A stretch of 63,979 nucleotides of DNA, counting the filler, from a bacterium (lineage in GTDB: Bacteria; JALSQH01): NCBI GenBank assembly GCA_026985515.1. It is 9 parts of 9 records of this genome, joined end to end, with 100 filler letters (N's around TTAATTAATTAA, not from the genome) between each part and the next. Parts side by side here need not be neighbours in the genome. Positions count along the whole stretch, not along the records: positions 9,884 to 19,635 come from JALSQH010000176.1; positions 19,736 to 29,386 come from JALSQH010000178.1; 7 more parts are not named here. One strand, 5' to 3'. The notes under the pieces are model-generated. The model was not told where the DNA came from and ran no database searches. It saw only the letters and a program-made list of their open reading frames with translations. The translations under genes and the position numbers were made by a program. Positions 10,333 through 20,156 of the stretch are shown piece by piece. Numbering within the stretch: position 1 is the first letter of the stretch; each line of letters begins with the position of its first letter.

Positions 10333-11184
10333 ATGAGAAAGGTGGCCTTTTTGCTTTTGTCAATTTTACTGGCCTTACCAGTTATGGCTGACAATTATTC
10401 AACGCCGGCTACCGGTATAGTTAAGGGTTCGTATGAAGATCTTATCAACAGGGCCAACAGTTTCTGGAAGAATCGCTATAACAGGGATTCGCTTCTAAAG
10501 TCCCTTGAGCTCTATAAAAAGGCGTATGAAAAGCGTCCGGATAAAGCCTATTTCCCCGCAGTCCGTCTATCCCGGGGATACTACTTTCTTGCAGAAGCCT
10601 TTGACAGGGGAAATAAGGAAAAGATGCTGAAGGATTATGAAATGGGCAAGGATTGGGGAATAAAGGCTCTTCAGACGAACGACATGGTGAAAAAAGCAGG
10701 AGATAAGTGGTACAAGGTGGTTAATAAGCTCGGAAAGGAATACATTGAAGCGATGTACTGGACGGCAGTAAACCTTGGAAAATGGTCCAAGCTTTATGGA
10801 ATCATGAAATCAATCTTTAACCTTTCAAAAGTCAAAAGCCTGATCAGGCGTGTGGGAGAACTTGATCCAACCTTCTTTTATGGAGCACCAGATCGCTACT
10901 GGGGAGCTTACTATGCCGCCATTCCCGGCTTGATGGGAGGAAGTCTTAAGAAATCAAAGGAGCATTTTGAAAAATCACTGAAGATAGCGCCCTATTACCT
11001 TGAGACAAAAGTTCTCTACGCTGAATTTTATGCGGTTAAAAAAGGGGATAAAAAGCTTTTTAAGAAATTGCTTAATGAGGTATTGAAGGCGGATGTTAAT
11101 GTTTATCCAGATGTAATTCCTGAGCAGAAGGTTTCTCAGGACAAGGCAAGGGAGTTATTGAAGAAGATTGACGAATTGTTTTAA
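10333..11184 (+). CDS. TRAP transporter TatT (T-component, TPR-like) family protein
   Basis: Signal peptide; helical repeats with FFYGAPDRYWGAYYAAIPGLMGGSLKKSKEHFEKSL...YAEFYAV...LFKKLLNEVL; directly upstream of DctP. Confidence 0.75.
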   Translation: MRKVAFLLLSILLALPVMADNYSTPATGIVKGSYEDLINRANSFWKNRYNRDSLLKSLELYKKAYEKRPDKAYFPAVRLSRGYYFLAEAFDRGNKEKMLKDYEMGKDWGIKALQTNDMVKKAGDKWYKVVNKLGKEYIEAMYWTAVNLGKWSKLYGIMKSIFNLSKVKSLIRRVGELDPTFFYGAPDRYWGAYYAAIPGLMGGSLKKSKEHFEKSLKIAPYYLETKVLYAEFYAVKKGDKKLFKKLLNEVLKADVNVYPDVIPEQKVSQDKARELLKKIDELF

Positions 11185-11193
11185 GGGGGGATC

Positions 11194-12195
11194 ATGAAGA
11201 AAATAATTATTGCGGTGGTGGGAGTAATTTTTATTTCGTTGCCCCTCTATGGGGGAAAGATAATTATGAAATTCGCCAACATTGCACCTGAAGATTCTCC
11301 ATGGCATGAAGCCCTGAAGCAGTTTAAAAGCGAAGTTTACAGAGATTCTGGGGGACAACTTATTGTGAAGCTCTACATGGGTGGTCGGCTTGGGGATGAA
11401 AACACGATGGTGGAGAAAACAGTTTATGGAGCAATAGAGTGTTCCGGAATAAGTACAGGTGCAGTGGCAACCATTATTCCATCCATCCAGGTTTTTGAAC
11501 TTCCCTTTGTGTGGAACAGTTATGATGAATATGATTATGTGACAGCCCACTATCTCCAGCCCTATTTTGCAAAGAAGTTGAGAGCGAAGGGACTTTTCCT
11601 TTTGGGATTTGTGGAGCATGGATGGAGAAATTTTCATTCGCGGACAAAACCAATCAGATGGCCAGATGATTTAAAAGGGATGAGGGTTCGTTCCCAGCAG
11701 AGTAAACTTCATGTAGAATTCTGGAAAACTCTTGGAGCCATACCCATTCCCATACCAATACCAAAGGTGCTTGATGCCTTTAAAAACGGAATTATTGAAG
11801 GTGGATCAAATACCCTTATTCTTACAGCTGCGCTGGGCTGGTATCAGTACCTCAAGTATATAACCCTTTCAAGGCATGTTTTCCAGCCTGTGGCAGTATT
11901 TTGCAACCTGAGGTGGTGGAATTCTCTGCCTGAAAAGTTGAGAAAGGTGATTTTAAAGAATTATCAGCCTCTTCCACCGAGAATCCACGAAAAGCTAAAA
12001 GTTTCAACAAAGGAGTTGATTAAGGGTTTTAAAAGTTCCGGAATCCAGATTATTGAACTGACTCCACAGCAGAAAGAAGCGTTTAAGGAAAAATTCAAAA
12101 ATTTTCCACGCAAGATGGAGCCCCTGATAGGCAGGGATGCACTCAATCTTCTTCTCAGGGGGAAACAGGATTACAGAAAGCATAAATCGAAATAG
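11194..12195 (+). CDS. dctP: TRAP transporter substrate-binding protein DctP (TatP-type)
   Basis: KFANIAPEDSPW, YMGGRLGDE, FELPF, PIRWPDDLKGMRVR, LGAIPIPI, GIIEG. Confidence 0.88.
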   Translation: MKKIIIAVVGVIFISLPLYGGKIIMKFANIAPEDSPWHEALKQFKSEVYRDSGGQLIVKLYMGGRLGDENTMVEKTVYGAIECSGISTGAVATIIPSIQVFELPFVWNSYDEYDYVTAHYLQPYFAKKLRAKGLFLLGFVEHGWRNFHSRTKPIRWPDDLKGMRVRSQQSKLHVEFWKTLGAIPIPIPIPKVLDAFKNGIIEGGSNTLILTAALGWYQYLKYITLSRHVFQPVAVFCNLRWWNSLPEKLRKVILKNYQPLPPRIHEKLKVSTKELIKGFKSSGIQIIELTPQQKEAFKEKFKNFPRKMEPLIGRDALNLLLRGKQDYRKHKSK

Positions 12196-12203
12196 GAGGT
12201 AAT

Positions 12204-14210
12204 ATGGCTGGCGGATACATGGGTAAGATTCTGTGGGTTGATCTCAGTGAAGGGAAATGGTGGGAGGAAGAGCTTCCTGAAGAAATTTACAGAAATTTCC
12301 TGGGAGGATATGGCCTTGGTGCCAGAATCATTTACGAAAGACAACCGGCGGGAGTTGAGCCCCTTTCACCTGAGGCAATTTTTGGGGTTACTGCAGGGGT
12401 GCTTACTGGAACAGGTGCTCTTTTCATGGGAAGATACACCGCTGTGGGAAAGTCGCCTCTTACTGGGGGATGGGGTGATTCAAACTCAGGTGGTTACTTT
12501 GCTCCAGCTATAAAACAGGCAGGTTACGATGCCATTTTCTTCAGAGGAAAAGCTGAAAAACCTGTGTATCTTGCAATTATCGGAGATAAAATTGAGTTGA
12601 GAGACGCTTCTCATCTCTGGGGTGTGGATGCGGTGGAAGCGGAGAAGAGGCTGAAAGAAGAGGTGGGGCAGAAAAGAGCTCAGGTAGCTGTAATAGGACA
12701 GGCGGCGGAAAATCTCTCCCTCATTTCAGGGATCATCACGGACAGAGGCAGAATTGCTGCGAGGTCTGGTCTTGGTGCAGTGATGGGTTCAAAAAATCTC
12801 AAAGCCATTGTTCTTGCAGGTAGGGCAAGAATAAATGTTGCTGATCGGAAGAGGATGACCGAGATAACGAGAACATACATGAAGAAATTTGAGGGGAAAA
12901 TGCTCCTCGAGGCGCTTCTGAAGGGTCCAGGTTTGAGATTTCTTGCTCGACTTCTCTCCAGAAAGTTGCCCTTCGGTATCAGGCAGGAAGGGTGGCAGTG
13001 GAAGGCAATTCTCAAAAGATATGGAACATCAGGTATTTCTGCTCTCAGTGCCCTCAATGGAGACATGCCCATCAAGAACTGGGCTGGAGCTGGTATTGTT
13101 GACTTTCCCATAAGTAAAGCAAAAAAGGTCAGTGATGACGCGGTAATTGCCTTTGAGAAGGAAAAGTACAACTGCTACAGCTGTCCCCTTGGATGTGGGG
13201 GAATATTTGAGCTGAATAGAGAGAAATATGGATTTGAAGAATCCCACAAACCCGAGTATGAAACCCTTGGAGTTTTTGGAGGACTCATTCTCAACGATGA
13301 TATTGACATAATAATCAAAATGAATGAGATGGCTAACAGAGCAGGAATTGACACAATTTCAGCTGGAGAAACAATTGCCTTTGCCTTTGAAGCTTATGAA
13401 AGGGGCTATCTGACAAATTCTGACACTGATGGTCTGGAGCTGGTATGGGGTAACGGAGAGGCTGCCTATAAGTTGCTTGAGAAGATGATAAAGAGGGAGG
13501 GAATAGGAGATATACTGGCAGATGGTATAAAGAAGGCAATTGAAAAACTTGGAAAGAAAGAGATGGCAGAGTTTGGAATGCATGCAGGGGGACAGGAACT
13601 TCCCATGCACGATCCAAGGTATGACCCTGGTTATGGAATAGGATATGAGGGTGAACCCACCCCAGGCAGACACACCATTGCTTCTTACACATATCAGGAG
13701 TTAATGGCAATTTATAAAAAATACAAAGATGTGCCAAAGGAACCACCTCTCTACAACATAAAGAACAAGTACTCAACTGAAAATAAGGGAAGGGGCCAGA
13801 TGTACGCAAGTCTCTGGCAGGAGCTGAATAATGGATGTGGAGGTTGTCTTTTCGGATTGCAAACTGGTATAGATCTCCCACTTGTTGAGTGGTTGAATGC
13901 TGCGACTGGCTGGAACCTCTCTGAGGAGGAGTATCTGAAAATAGCGAAAAGAATGAAAACACTCAGACAGGCTTTTAACGCCAGAGAGGGGATTGTACCC
14001 GGAAGGGACTTCAGAATGCCTGGAAGAGCCACCGGTCATCCACCATTGAAATATGGACCTGTTGCAGGTGTTACACTTGATATGAAAAAATTGGTTGGAG
14101 ATTTCTGGAAGGAGCTTGGATGGAATCCGGAAACTGGAATTCCAGAAAAGAAAACCCTTGAAGAGCTTGGTCTGGATTTTGTTCTGAAAGATCTTTATCC
14201 GGAGGGATAA
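12204..14210 (+). CDS. Aldehyde:ferredoxin oxidoreductase (tungstopterin AOR family)
   Basis: GYMGKILWVDLS, KSPLTGGWGDSNSGG, RSGLGAVMGSKNLKAI, CYSCPLGC, PEYET, GIDTIS, GQELPMHDPR, GWNPETGIP. Confidence 0.93.
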   Translation: MAGGYMGKILWVDLSEGKWWEEELPEEIYRNFLGGYGLGARIIYERQPAGVEPLSPEAIFGVTAGVLTGTGALFMGRYTAVGKSPLTGGWGDSNSGGYFAPAIKQAGYDAIFFRGKAEKPVYLAIIGDKIELRDASHLWGVDAVEAEKRLKEEVGQKRAQVAVIGQAAENLSLISGIITDRGRIAARSGLGAVMGSKNLKAIVLAGRARINVADRKRMTEITRTYMKKFEGKMLLEALLKGPGLRFLARLLSRKLPFGIRQEGWQWKAILKRYGTSGISALSALNGDMPIKNWAGAGIVDFPISKAKKVSDDAVIAFEKEKYNCYSCPLGCGGIFELNREKYGFEESHKPEYETLGVFGGLILNDDIDIIIKMNEMANRAGIDTISAGETIAFAFEAYERGYLTNSDTDGLELVWGNGEAAYKLLEKMIKREGIGDILADGIKKAIEKLGKKEMAEFGMHAGGQELPMHDPRYDPGYGIGYEGEPTPGRHTIASYTYQELMAIYKKYKDVPKEPPLYNIKNKYSTENKGRGQMYASLWQELNNGCGGCLFGLQTGIDLPLVEWLNAATGWNLSEEEYLKIAKRMKTLRQAFNAREGIVPGRDFRMPGRATGHPPLKYGPVAGVTLDMKKLVGDFWKELGWNPETGIPEKKTLEELGLDFVLKDLYPEG

Positions 14211-14211
14211 A

Positions 14212-14550
14212 TTGAGAGGAGGAAGTTTACTCTCAGTTTTGATCTCAATGAGTTCAATGAGATGCAGGGGGCCCGTGAAGGTAAAAGTCACGGCGGGGAT
14301 CTTTGTTGATGGGAAAAATGTTACTGAAGAGATGGAAATAGGGTTAGAGAAAAGGGCAAGCATAAGAGATCTCTTCAGGTGTCTTGACAGGCAGGAAAAG
14401 TTCCCGCCGGGCACTTTCAAAAAATTAATGAAAGATCCGGGTATTACGCTTCTTCTCAATGGTAAGCGGTTGAGTGTACCTGAAGACCTTGATACTGAAC
14501 TTAAGGATGGCGACGAAGTTACAATAATATCAAGTGTGGCAGGAGGTTAA
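14212..14550 (+). CDS. MoaD/ThiS-family ubiquitin-like sulfur carrier associated with the AOR (true start may be GTG 14275)
   Basis: LLLNGK...DTELKDGDEVTIISSVAGG with C-terminal GG. Confidence 0.82.
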   Translation: MRGGSLLSVLISMSSMRCRGPVKVKVTAGIFVDGKNVTEEMEIGLEKRASIRDLFRCLDRQEKFPPGTFKKLMKDPGITLLLNGKRLSVPEDLDTELKDGDEVTIISSVAGG

Positions 14551-14551
14551 G

Positions 14552-15388
14552 ATGGGAATAAAAGAACATTATGAGGATACTTTTACCGGGGTGGGAGGTG
14601 TAAAACTTTACTGCCAGAGATACATTGTGGATGAACCAAAGGCAACGGTGGTTGTGGTTCACGGGCTTGGAGAACATTCGGGCAGGTATGGCAATGTTAT
14701 AAACGCACTGGTTCCCGAGGGATACAACATTTTCCTCTACGACCTCAGGGGTCACGGAAAATCTGAAGGTCAGAGAGGACATGTTTACAATTTTGATCAT
14801 TATATTGAAGATACCAGGATATTTGTGGAAAATGCCCGTGATAGAACAGGTCTGCTCACAATTTTACTTGGCCACAGCATGGGTGGCCTTATTGTTCTTC
14901 TCTTCGGAGAAAAGTATCAGGACCTTATAAAACTGCTCGTGGCATCTGGACCTGCGGTTAAAATAGCTGTGGAAGTACCAAAATGGAAAGAAGCGATTGG
15001 AAAATTTGTTTCCAATATCTTTCCAACTTTATCCATGACAAATGAGATTGATCCCTCCCTCCTCAGCCATGATCCGGTGGTTGTAAAGGAGTATGAAAAT
15101 GATCCTCTGGTCATAAGAAAAGTTTCAGCAAGATGGTTCACAGAATTTCTTCGTGCACAGAAGGAAGTCCTTGAGAATGCTCATAAGTTGAAACTTCCCC
15201 TTCTCCTCCAGCAGGGGGGTGATGATCAGATTGTGAGCCCGGATGGTGCAAAGGAGTTCTATGAGAGAGCTGGATCAGAGGATAAGGAACTGAAGATCTA
15301 TCCAGGTCTCTATCACGAAATTTACAATGAAACCGAAAAGGAAAAAGTACTGAGTGATCTTACGGAGTGGTTGAAGAAAAGAATATAA
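14552..15388 (+). CDS. Lysophospholipase / monoacylglycerol lipase (alpha/beta hydrolase)
   Basis: VVHGLGEHSGRY, DLRGHGKSEG, GHSMGG nucleophile elbow, QGGDDQIV, LYHEIYNE; AGGAGG RBS. Confidence 0.9.
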   Translation: MGIKEHYEDTFTGVGGVKLYCQRYIVDEPKATVVVVHGLGEHSGRYGNVINALVPEGYNIFLYDLRGHGKSEGQRGHVYNFDHYIEDTRIFVENARDRTGLLTILLGHSMGGLIVLLFGEKYQDLIKLLVASGPAVKIAVEVPKWKEAIGKFVSNIFPTLSMTNEIDPSLLSHDPVVVKEYENDPLVIRKVSARWFTEFLRAQKEVLENAHKLKLPLLLQQGGDDQIVSPDGAKEFYERAGSEDKELKIYPGLYHEIYNETEKEKVLSDLTEWLKKRI

Positions 15389-15392
15389 AAAA

Positions 15393-15468
15393 TGGTGGAG
15401 CTGAGCGGACTCGAACCGCCGACCTCCTGAATGCCATTCAGGCGCTCTCCCAACTGAGCTACAGCCCC
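15393..15468 (-). tRNA. tRNA-Ala(GGC)
   Basis: Reverse complement GGGGCTGTAGCTCAGTTGGGAGAGCGCCTGAATGGCATTCAGGAGGTCGGCGGTTCGAGTCCGCTCAGCTCCACCA; anticodon GGC, G3-U70 pair, encoded CCA. Confidence 0.97.
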
Positions 15469-15502
15469 ACGACAAATTTTATTTTACCACTTTGAAGCAG
15501 GA

Positions 15503-17071
15503 ATGCAAGTGATAAAAAGCAGAGGTCTTATTTTTTTGTTTTCTATTTGTTTTCTGATTTTTTCCGCGGTATCCTGCAAGAGGAAGGAAACCGGCGGCAG
15601 GGTCAATGCAAATCTGGAAAAAGTGGTTACTCTTAATTTTTCTCCATCCAGAACAGAGGAAAGGCTGAAGAGTTTTGGCGGGATTCATCCTCTTGATCTC
15701 TCTGTCCTCTCCATGAATTACTTCAGGAGAGGAGAAATTGGTCGAGGAATAAAGTTGCTTGAAACTCTTTTTTCTCAGTATCCCATATATCATACCGGAG
15801 GTGGACTCGTTTTTGGATACAGCAGAAAATGGAAAATTGGAAGGGGGGTACACAGAAAGAAAAGGAAGTTCTGGTGGTCTTGTATGGCTCAATCTGCTGT
15901 GGCTATGGCTTTATACAGGGCTTATCTCGTTTCGGGAGAGAAAAAATATATCAACAGCATTGAAGAAGTGTTAAAACCGGTTGTTACTCTCACTGATAAT
16001 GGAGGTGGAGCTGTAAGAGTTGGTAATGGAAGGTGGTATCTTGAGTATGTTTTTCGCGGTGCCAGCGAGAAAAATGTAGAATTTGTTCTGAATGGGTTTC
16101 TTTACTCCCTCCTGGTTATCGGGTATCTGAGTAAAGAATTGCACTGGAGCTGGTTAAAAAAGGCTTTTGAGGATGGCGTTACAGCATACTTGAATTTAAG
16201 AGAAAAATTTTTCTACACAACAAATGGTGCAGAGTGGACACTTTACAGTTTACTTCCCTCCATTGACCCACCCCATTACCACATTTTCGTTATTGAACTT
16301 CTTGATTCCCTCTGGCAGATTTCAAAAATAGATATCTTTAAAAGGGATGCTGTAAAGTGGACAAAAATTCTTTTTAAGAATTACCCCTTTCTTGAAAAAA
16401 GTAATGAGCTCTACTGGTCTTCGGTGGGCCCCCCCTACTGGTGGTGGGTGGATATAAGATATGGGATTCTGTTCAAATATTCCGGCAAAAAGATTTTTGT
16501 AAAAGGGTGGAAAGATGGAATCAGGAATCTTTCCTCTCTCATTTTTGCAATGGGCAGGAAGAGGAGTAGTTTAATTACTCTTTCAATCCTGGCAGAAGAT
16601 AATGTACCCGTTATCACTTTTACACAGGATTTAAAAGAATTCACTGAAAAAGAGGTACAGTATAAACCTCTATTGATCAGGTTTAAGAGAAAATATAAAG
16701 ATGGGGTAAGGGTAGTGTTTAACCATGCTGATTCCCCTGTTAATATTCTTGTGATCGGCAGGGTGACGGGTTTAAAAGAAAATTCGCAGATTAGGTGTTC
16801 ACGATTATTTCTGGAATTTGATAATGGAATTGTTGTGAAGAAGTATAACCCTCCTTTGCCTTCCAGATTTATTCTTCCAGTTTCCTTTTTATCTTTTTAC
16901 CCTGAGAAAAAAGGACCATGGAAGTTGAAGGCTCTAAGGCTCTTCCCATGCTATAGAAATGGGTATTCAATTGACGTTGAGGGAGTATATTTGTTCAACA
17001 ATGTTCTGGCTCTTGAAGAAGTAGCAAGAAAATTTTCCCCATACAGGGTAGTTCTCGTTCCCCATGGATAA
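15503..17071 (+). CDS. Lipoprotein with a D-glucuronyl C5-epimerase C-terminal-type domain plus an uncharacterised C-terminal extension
   Basis: Lipobox AVSC. WWSCMAQS..ALYRAY..SG..KY, GG, WYLEY, FVLNGFLYSL, WTLYSL and HYH match the C5-epimerase alpha/alpha-barrel pattern. Confidence 0.7.
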   Translation: MQVIKSRGLIFLFSICFLIFSAVSCKRKETGGRVNANLEKVVTLNFSPSRTEERLKSFGGIHPLDLSVLSMNYFRRGEIGRGIKLLETLFSQYPIYHTGGGLVFGYSRKWKIGRGVHRKKRKFWWSCMAQSAVAMALYRAYLVSGEKKYINSIEEVLKPVVTLTDNGGGAVRVGNGRWYLEYVFRGASEKNVEFVLNGFLYSLLVIGYLSKELHWSWLKKAFEDGVTAYLNLREKFFYTTNGAEWTLYSLLPSIDPPHYHIFVIELLDSLWQISKIDIFKRDAVKWTKILFKNYPFLEKSNELYWSSVGPPYWWWVDIRYGILFKYSGKKIFVKGWKDGIRNLSSLIFAMGRKRSSLITLSILAEDNVPVITFTQDLKEFTEKEVQYKPLLIRFKRKYKDGVRVVFNHADSPVNILVIGRVTGLKENSQIRCSRLFLEFDNGIVVKKYNPPLPSRFILPVSFLSFYPEKKGPWKLKALRLFPCYRNGYSIDVEGVYLFNNVLALEEVARKFSPYRVVLVPHG

Positions 17072-17074
17072 AAG

Positions 17075-17103
17075 TTGACCCATTGGGTAAATGGGTGTAA
17101 AAT
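17075..17103 (+). promoter_or_regulatory. Sigma70-type promoter for carD
   Basis: TTGACC, 17 nt spacer, TAAAAT; GAGGAGG RBS before ATG 17167. Confidence 0.55.
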
Positions 17104-17166
17104 GTATACAAAATACAATTTCCAGTTGGGAAAGCAGTTGATTTAAAAGGAAAAGAGGAGGATATT

Positions 17167-17643
17167 ATGGCGGGAAAATTTAAAGTGGGGGAACTTATTG
17201 TTTATCCCACAAAGGGGGTGGGGAAAATTGTTGGGATAGAGCGACTTGGGGAAGAGGATTTTTACATAATTGAACTGCTGGAAAAGGACATTCAGATAAA
17301 GATACCTGTGGAGAGAGCAGGTGCTATGGGAGTCAGGAGACCTGTCTCTCCCGAGAAGGTAAAGAAGGTTCTTTCAATGCTTAAAAATTACAGGGTGAGT
17401 AAAGTGAGAAATAACTGGAATAAGAGGCAGAAAATTTACAGAGAAAAGCTCAGAACAGGCAAGATAGAAGATACTGCTGAGGTGTTCGCTGAACTTTATT
17501 ATTCCAGTCAGCGTAAACAACTTTCCTTTGGTGAAAAAAAACTTATGGAACAGGTTCGCTCCATTCTTCTTCAGGAACTCGCAGTTTCTTCCGGTTCCAG
17601 CGTTGAGAATATTGAGGAAGAGTTTGAAAAAATTATTTCATAA
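17167..17643 (+). CDS. carD: CarD/CdnL family RNA polymerase-binding transcription factor
   Basis: FKVGELIVYPTKGVGKI, IKIPV, NWNKR..Y.EKLRTG, LSFGEKKL, L.QELA. Confidence 0.9.
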   Translation: MAGKFKVGELIVYPTKGVGKIVGIERLGEEDFYIIELLEKDIQIKIPVERAGAMGVRRPVSPEKVKKVLSMLKNYRVSKVRNNWNKRQKIYREKLRTGKIEDTAEVFAELYYSSQRKQLSFGEKKLMEQVRSILLQELAVSSGSSVENIEEEFEKIIS

Positions 17644-17644
17644 A

Positions 17645-19198
17645 TCAGTGTTTGAAGTGTCTGATTCCTGTAAATATCATTGCGATTCCGAACTGATCAG
17701 CTGCCTTTATCACTTCTTCATCTCTTATTGATCCACCGGGTTCTATTATGGCTGTAATTCCTGCTCTGTGAGCCTCTTCTATACTGTCTGGAAATGGGAA
17801 AAAAGCATCGGAAGCAAGAACAGCTCCTTTTGCCTTATCTCCCGCTTTTTCTATGGCTATTTTCACTGAATCAACCCTGCTCATCTGACCCGCTCCCACT
17901 CCAAGAACCTGATCTTTTCTGGCAACAACAATTGCATTTGATTTGACATGTTTGACAACTTTCCAGGCAAATCTGAGTGCTTCCATTTCCTCTGGTGTGG
18001 GAGATCTCTTTGTTACAACTTTAAGTTTATCCTCTTCCAGATCAAGGCTATCCCACTCCTGGATTAAAATCCCTCCAACCACTCTTTTAATATCGTATCC
18101 CCCGGATTTTTCAATTAGTGGTACTTCGAGAACACGGAGATTTTTCTTCCTTGAAAGGATCTCCAGAGCTTCAGGGGTGTACCCGGGTGCTATGATAACT
18201 TCTAAGAACATTTTTGAAAGCTCTTCTGCAGTATCAGGTTCAACAGGTGTGTTAAATGCCACTATTCCACCAAAAATTGATACAGGATCTCCCTCTTTTG
18301 CTTTTAAGAAGGCTTCAAGCTGACTCTTCTCACTCAGACCCACTCCACATGGGTTGGTGTGTTTTATCCCTGCCGCTGCATATCCTTCCCTGAATTCAGA
18401 TATCAACCTGAAAGCGGCCTCTGCGTCAACGATGTTGTTGAAAGATAGCTCTTTTCCCTGGTACTGTTTTGCCCTCGCGAGGGAAAAGGATGGAGGATTT
18501 TTCTCCATATAGAATGCTGCTTTCTGATGAGGGTTTTCTCCATATCTCAGTGACTGCTTCATATGAAACTGGAAATTCACCACCTCAGGCCATTCCTTTT
18601 GTCTGTTTTCGTGATCCCTGGAGGAAAGAAACTGAGATATAATTCCATCATAACGGGCAGTGTGAGAAAAAACTTTTACGGCAAGATTATACCTTGTCTC
18701 AAGGGATGTATCTCCTTTTTCCCTTAACTCCCTCAGGACCGGTTCATAATCAGAAGGGTCAACAATCACTGTCACAAATCTGTAATTCTTGGCAGCAGCC
18801 CTGAGAAGTGTTGGTCCACCTATATCTATCTGTTCTATGGCTGTTTCAAGGGAGATATCGGGTCTGGCAATTGTTTCCTCAAAGGGGTAGAGATTGACCA
18901 CCACCATGTCCAGAAGTTCAATTCCATGGGTTGCAATTGTTTCGATATGTTCCTTTCTGTCTCTCAGGGCAAGTATTCCTGCATGGATCTTTGGGTGGAG
19001 GGTTTTCACCCTGCCATCCAGCATTTCCGGAAAGCCAGTGTATGCAGATATTTCTATCACTTCAATGCCATTTTTCTGGAGTGTTTTTGCTGTGCCTCCC
19101 GTTGAGATAATATCGTAACCGAGCTCCACCAGAGCTTTTGCAAAGTCAACAATCCCTGTTTTGTTTGATACGCTTATAAGAGCTTTTTTCTTCATCAC
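17645..19198 (-). CDS. purH: Bifunctional AICAR transformylase/IMP cyclohydrolase
   Basis: [78 protein letters not shown]. Confidence 0.97.
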   Translation of the reverse strand: MMKKKALISVSNKTGIVDFAKALVELGYDIISTGGTAKTLQKNGIEVIEISAYTGFPEMLDGRVKTLHPKIHAGILALRDRKEHIETIATHGIELLDMVVVNLYPFEETIARPDISLETAIEQIDIGGPTLLRAAAKNYRFVTVIVDPSDYEPVLRELREKGDTSLETRYNLAVKVFSHTARYDGIISQFLSSRDHENRQKEWPEVVNFQFHMKQSLRYGENPHQKAAFYMEKNPPSFSLARAKQYQGKELSFNNIVDAEAAFRLISEFREGYAAAGIKHTNPCGVGLSEKSQLEAFLKAKEGDPVSIFGGIVAFNTPVEPDTAEELSKMFLEVIIAPGYTPEALEILSRKKNLRVLEVPLIEKSGGYDIKRVVGGILIQEWDSLDLEEDKLKVVTKRSPTPEEMEALRFAWKVVKHVKSNAIVVARKDQVLGVGAGQMSRVDSVKIAIEKAGDKAKGAVLASDAFFPFPDSIEEAHRAGITAIIEPGGSIRDEEVIKAADQFGIAMIFTGIRHFKH

Positions 19199-19297
19199 AA
19201 TTCTCCTTCTGATTTGCTATGATTTTACCAGCTGGGGGATAAATTTCAAGAGCTTCTCTCTTGTCTCTACCTTCTTTTTCCACTATACTTATTTTTG

Positions 19298-19635
19298 ATG
19301 AAGATATCAAAACTGGTTCTACTCTTTACAGTTGTTTTTCTTATCATGACCAGTTGTGGAAGAGAGGAAAAGGCTGGTAATCCCGTCCTTTATCCTGAGT
19401 CAGAGGTTGTCTCAGAGATTGAACCAGTACCCAGATTAAAAATTCTGAAGGATGAAAAAGGAAGATTGACCCTGTTCTATCAGTCAAAGGGTTTGTATAA
19501 AGCAGTTTTTGATAAGAAATGGAGTTACCTTTCAGTCACGGATGTGGTGGGAGATATCAGGGATGGGTGGAGCACGGTCCTGTGTGGTGGAAGGATCAGG
19601 TTGATTGCAGAGAGTGTTGATGATCATCTGTATCT
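19298..19635 (+). CDS. Hypothetical lipoprotein (3'-truncated)
   Basis: Signal peptide ending IMTSC; frame runs into the gap. Confidence 0.55.
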
Positions 19636-19735
19636 NNNNNNNNNNNNNNNNNNNNNNNNNNNNNNNNNNNNNNNNNNNNTTAATTAATTAANNNNNNNNN
19701 NNNNNNNNNNNNNNNNNNNNNNNNNNNNNNNNNNN

Positions 19736-20027
19736 TAAAAGTTGCAGCATTTCCCTCAAAGACCTTTGTTCCCGCATCAATTGAAGATGGAGCAGAAGCC
19801 TTTTTTCTCACAATCACAACACCCGTAACCCTTGAATCATCAGGCATCAGCCAGGAAAGAGTGAGGGTGTTGCCCTGTGGAGGTGCTGAAATTTTTAAAT
19901 TTTCCACATCTGACAACTTCTTTGAAGTTCCAGTTGAGCCATGACCCTTATTGCCTGAACCTCCTCCACATGAAGATACACTGATTGCAAAGGCAAAAAT
20001 TACAAAAAATAAAAGGGTCCTCTTCAT
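19736..20027 (-). CDS. Lipoprotein with an FN3-like domain (3'-truncated)
   Basis: Lipobox VSSCGGG; VENLKI..LTLSW..P......VVIVRK...P..I..GTKVFEG is FN3-like. Confidence 0.6.
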
Positions 20028-20156
20028 TTTTAAACTCCTTTTTCTTTTTTTCTGGAAGGATCTTTACATGAAACCTCCCCACTTTCACTTTACCACATAT
20101 AGAGAAAAAAAGCAAAATTGGATTTCCCACCTGCAATATGGTAAATTTAGTTCCGT

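Noticed and set aside
13333..14459. Long antisense ORFs (209 and 228 aa) over the AOR gene, and similar shadow ORFs elsewhere
   Set aside because: Opposite well-conserved genes, Ser/Phe/Leu-rich low-information translations, no RBS or motifs
15393..15468. tRNA-Ala and tRNA-Leu (58620-58705) as prophage/island attachment sites
   Set aside because: No integrase and no duplicated tRNA 3' end seen on either contig
15275..15475. 66-aa minus-strand ORF
   Set aside because: It is a translation of tRNA-Ala plus the antisense of the lysophospholipase gene
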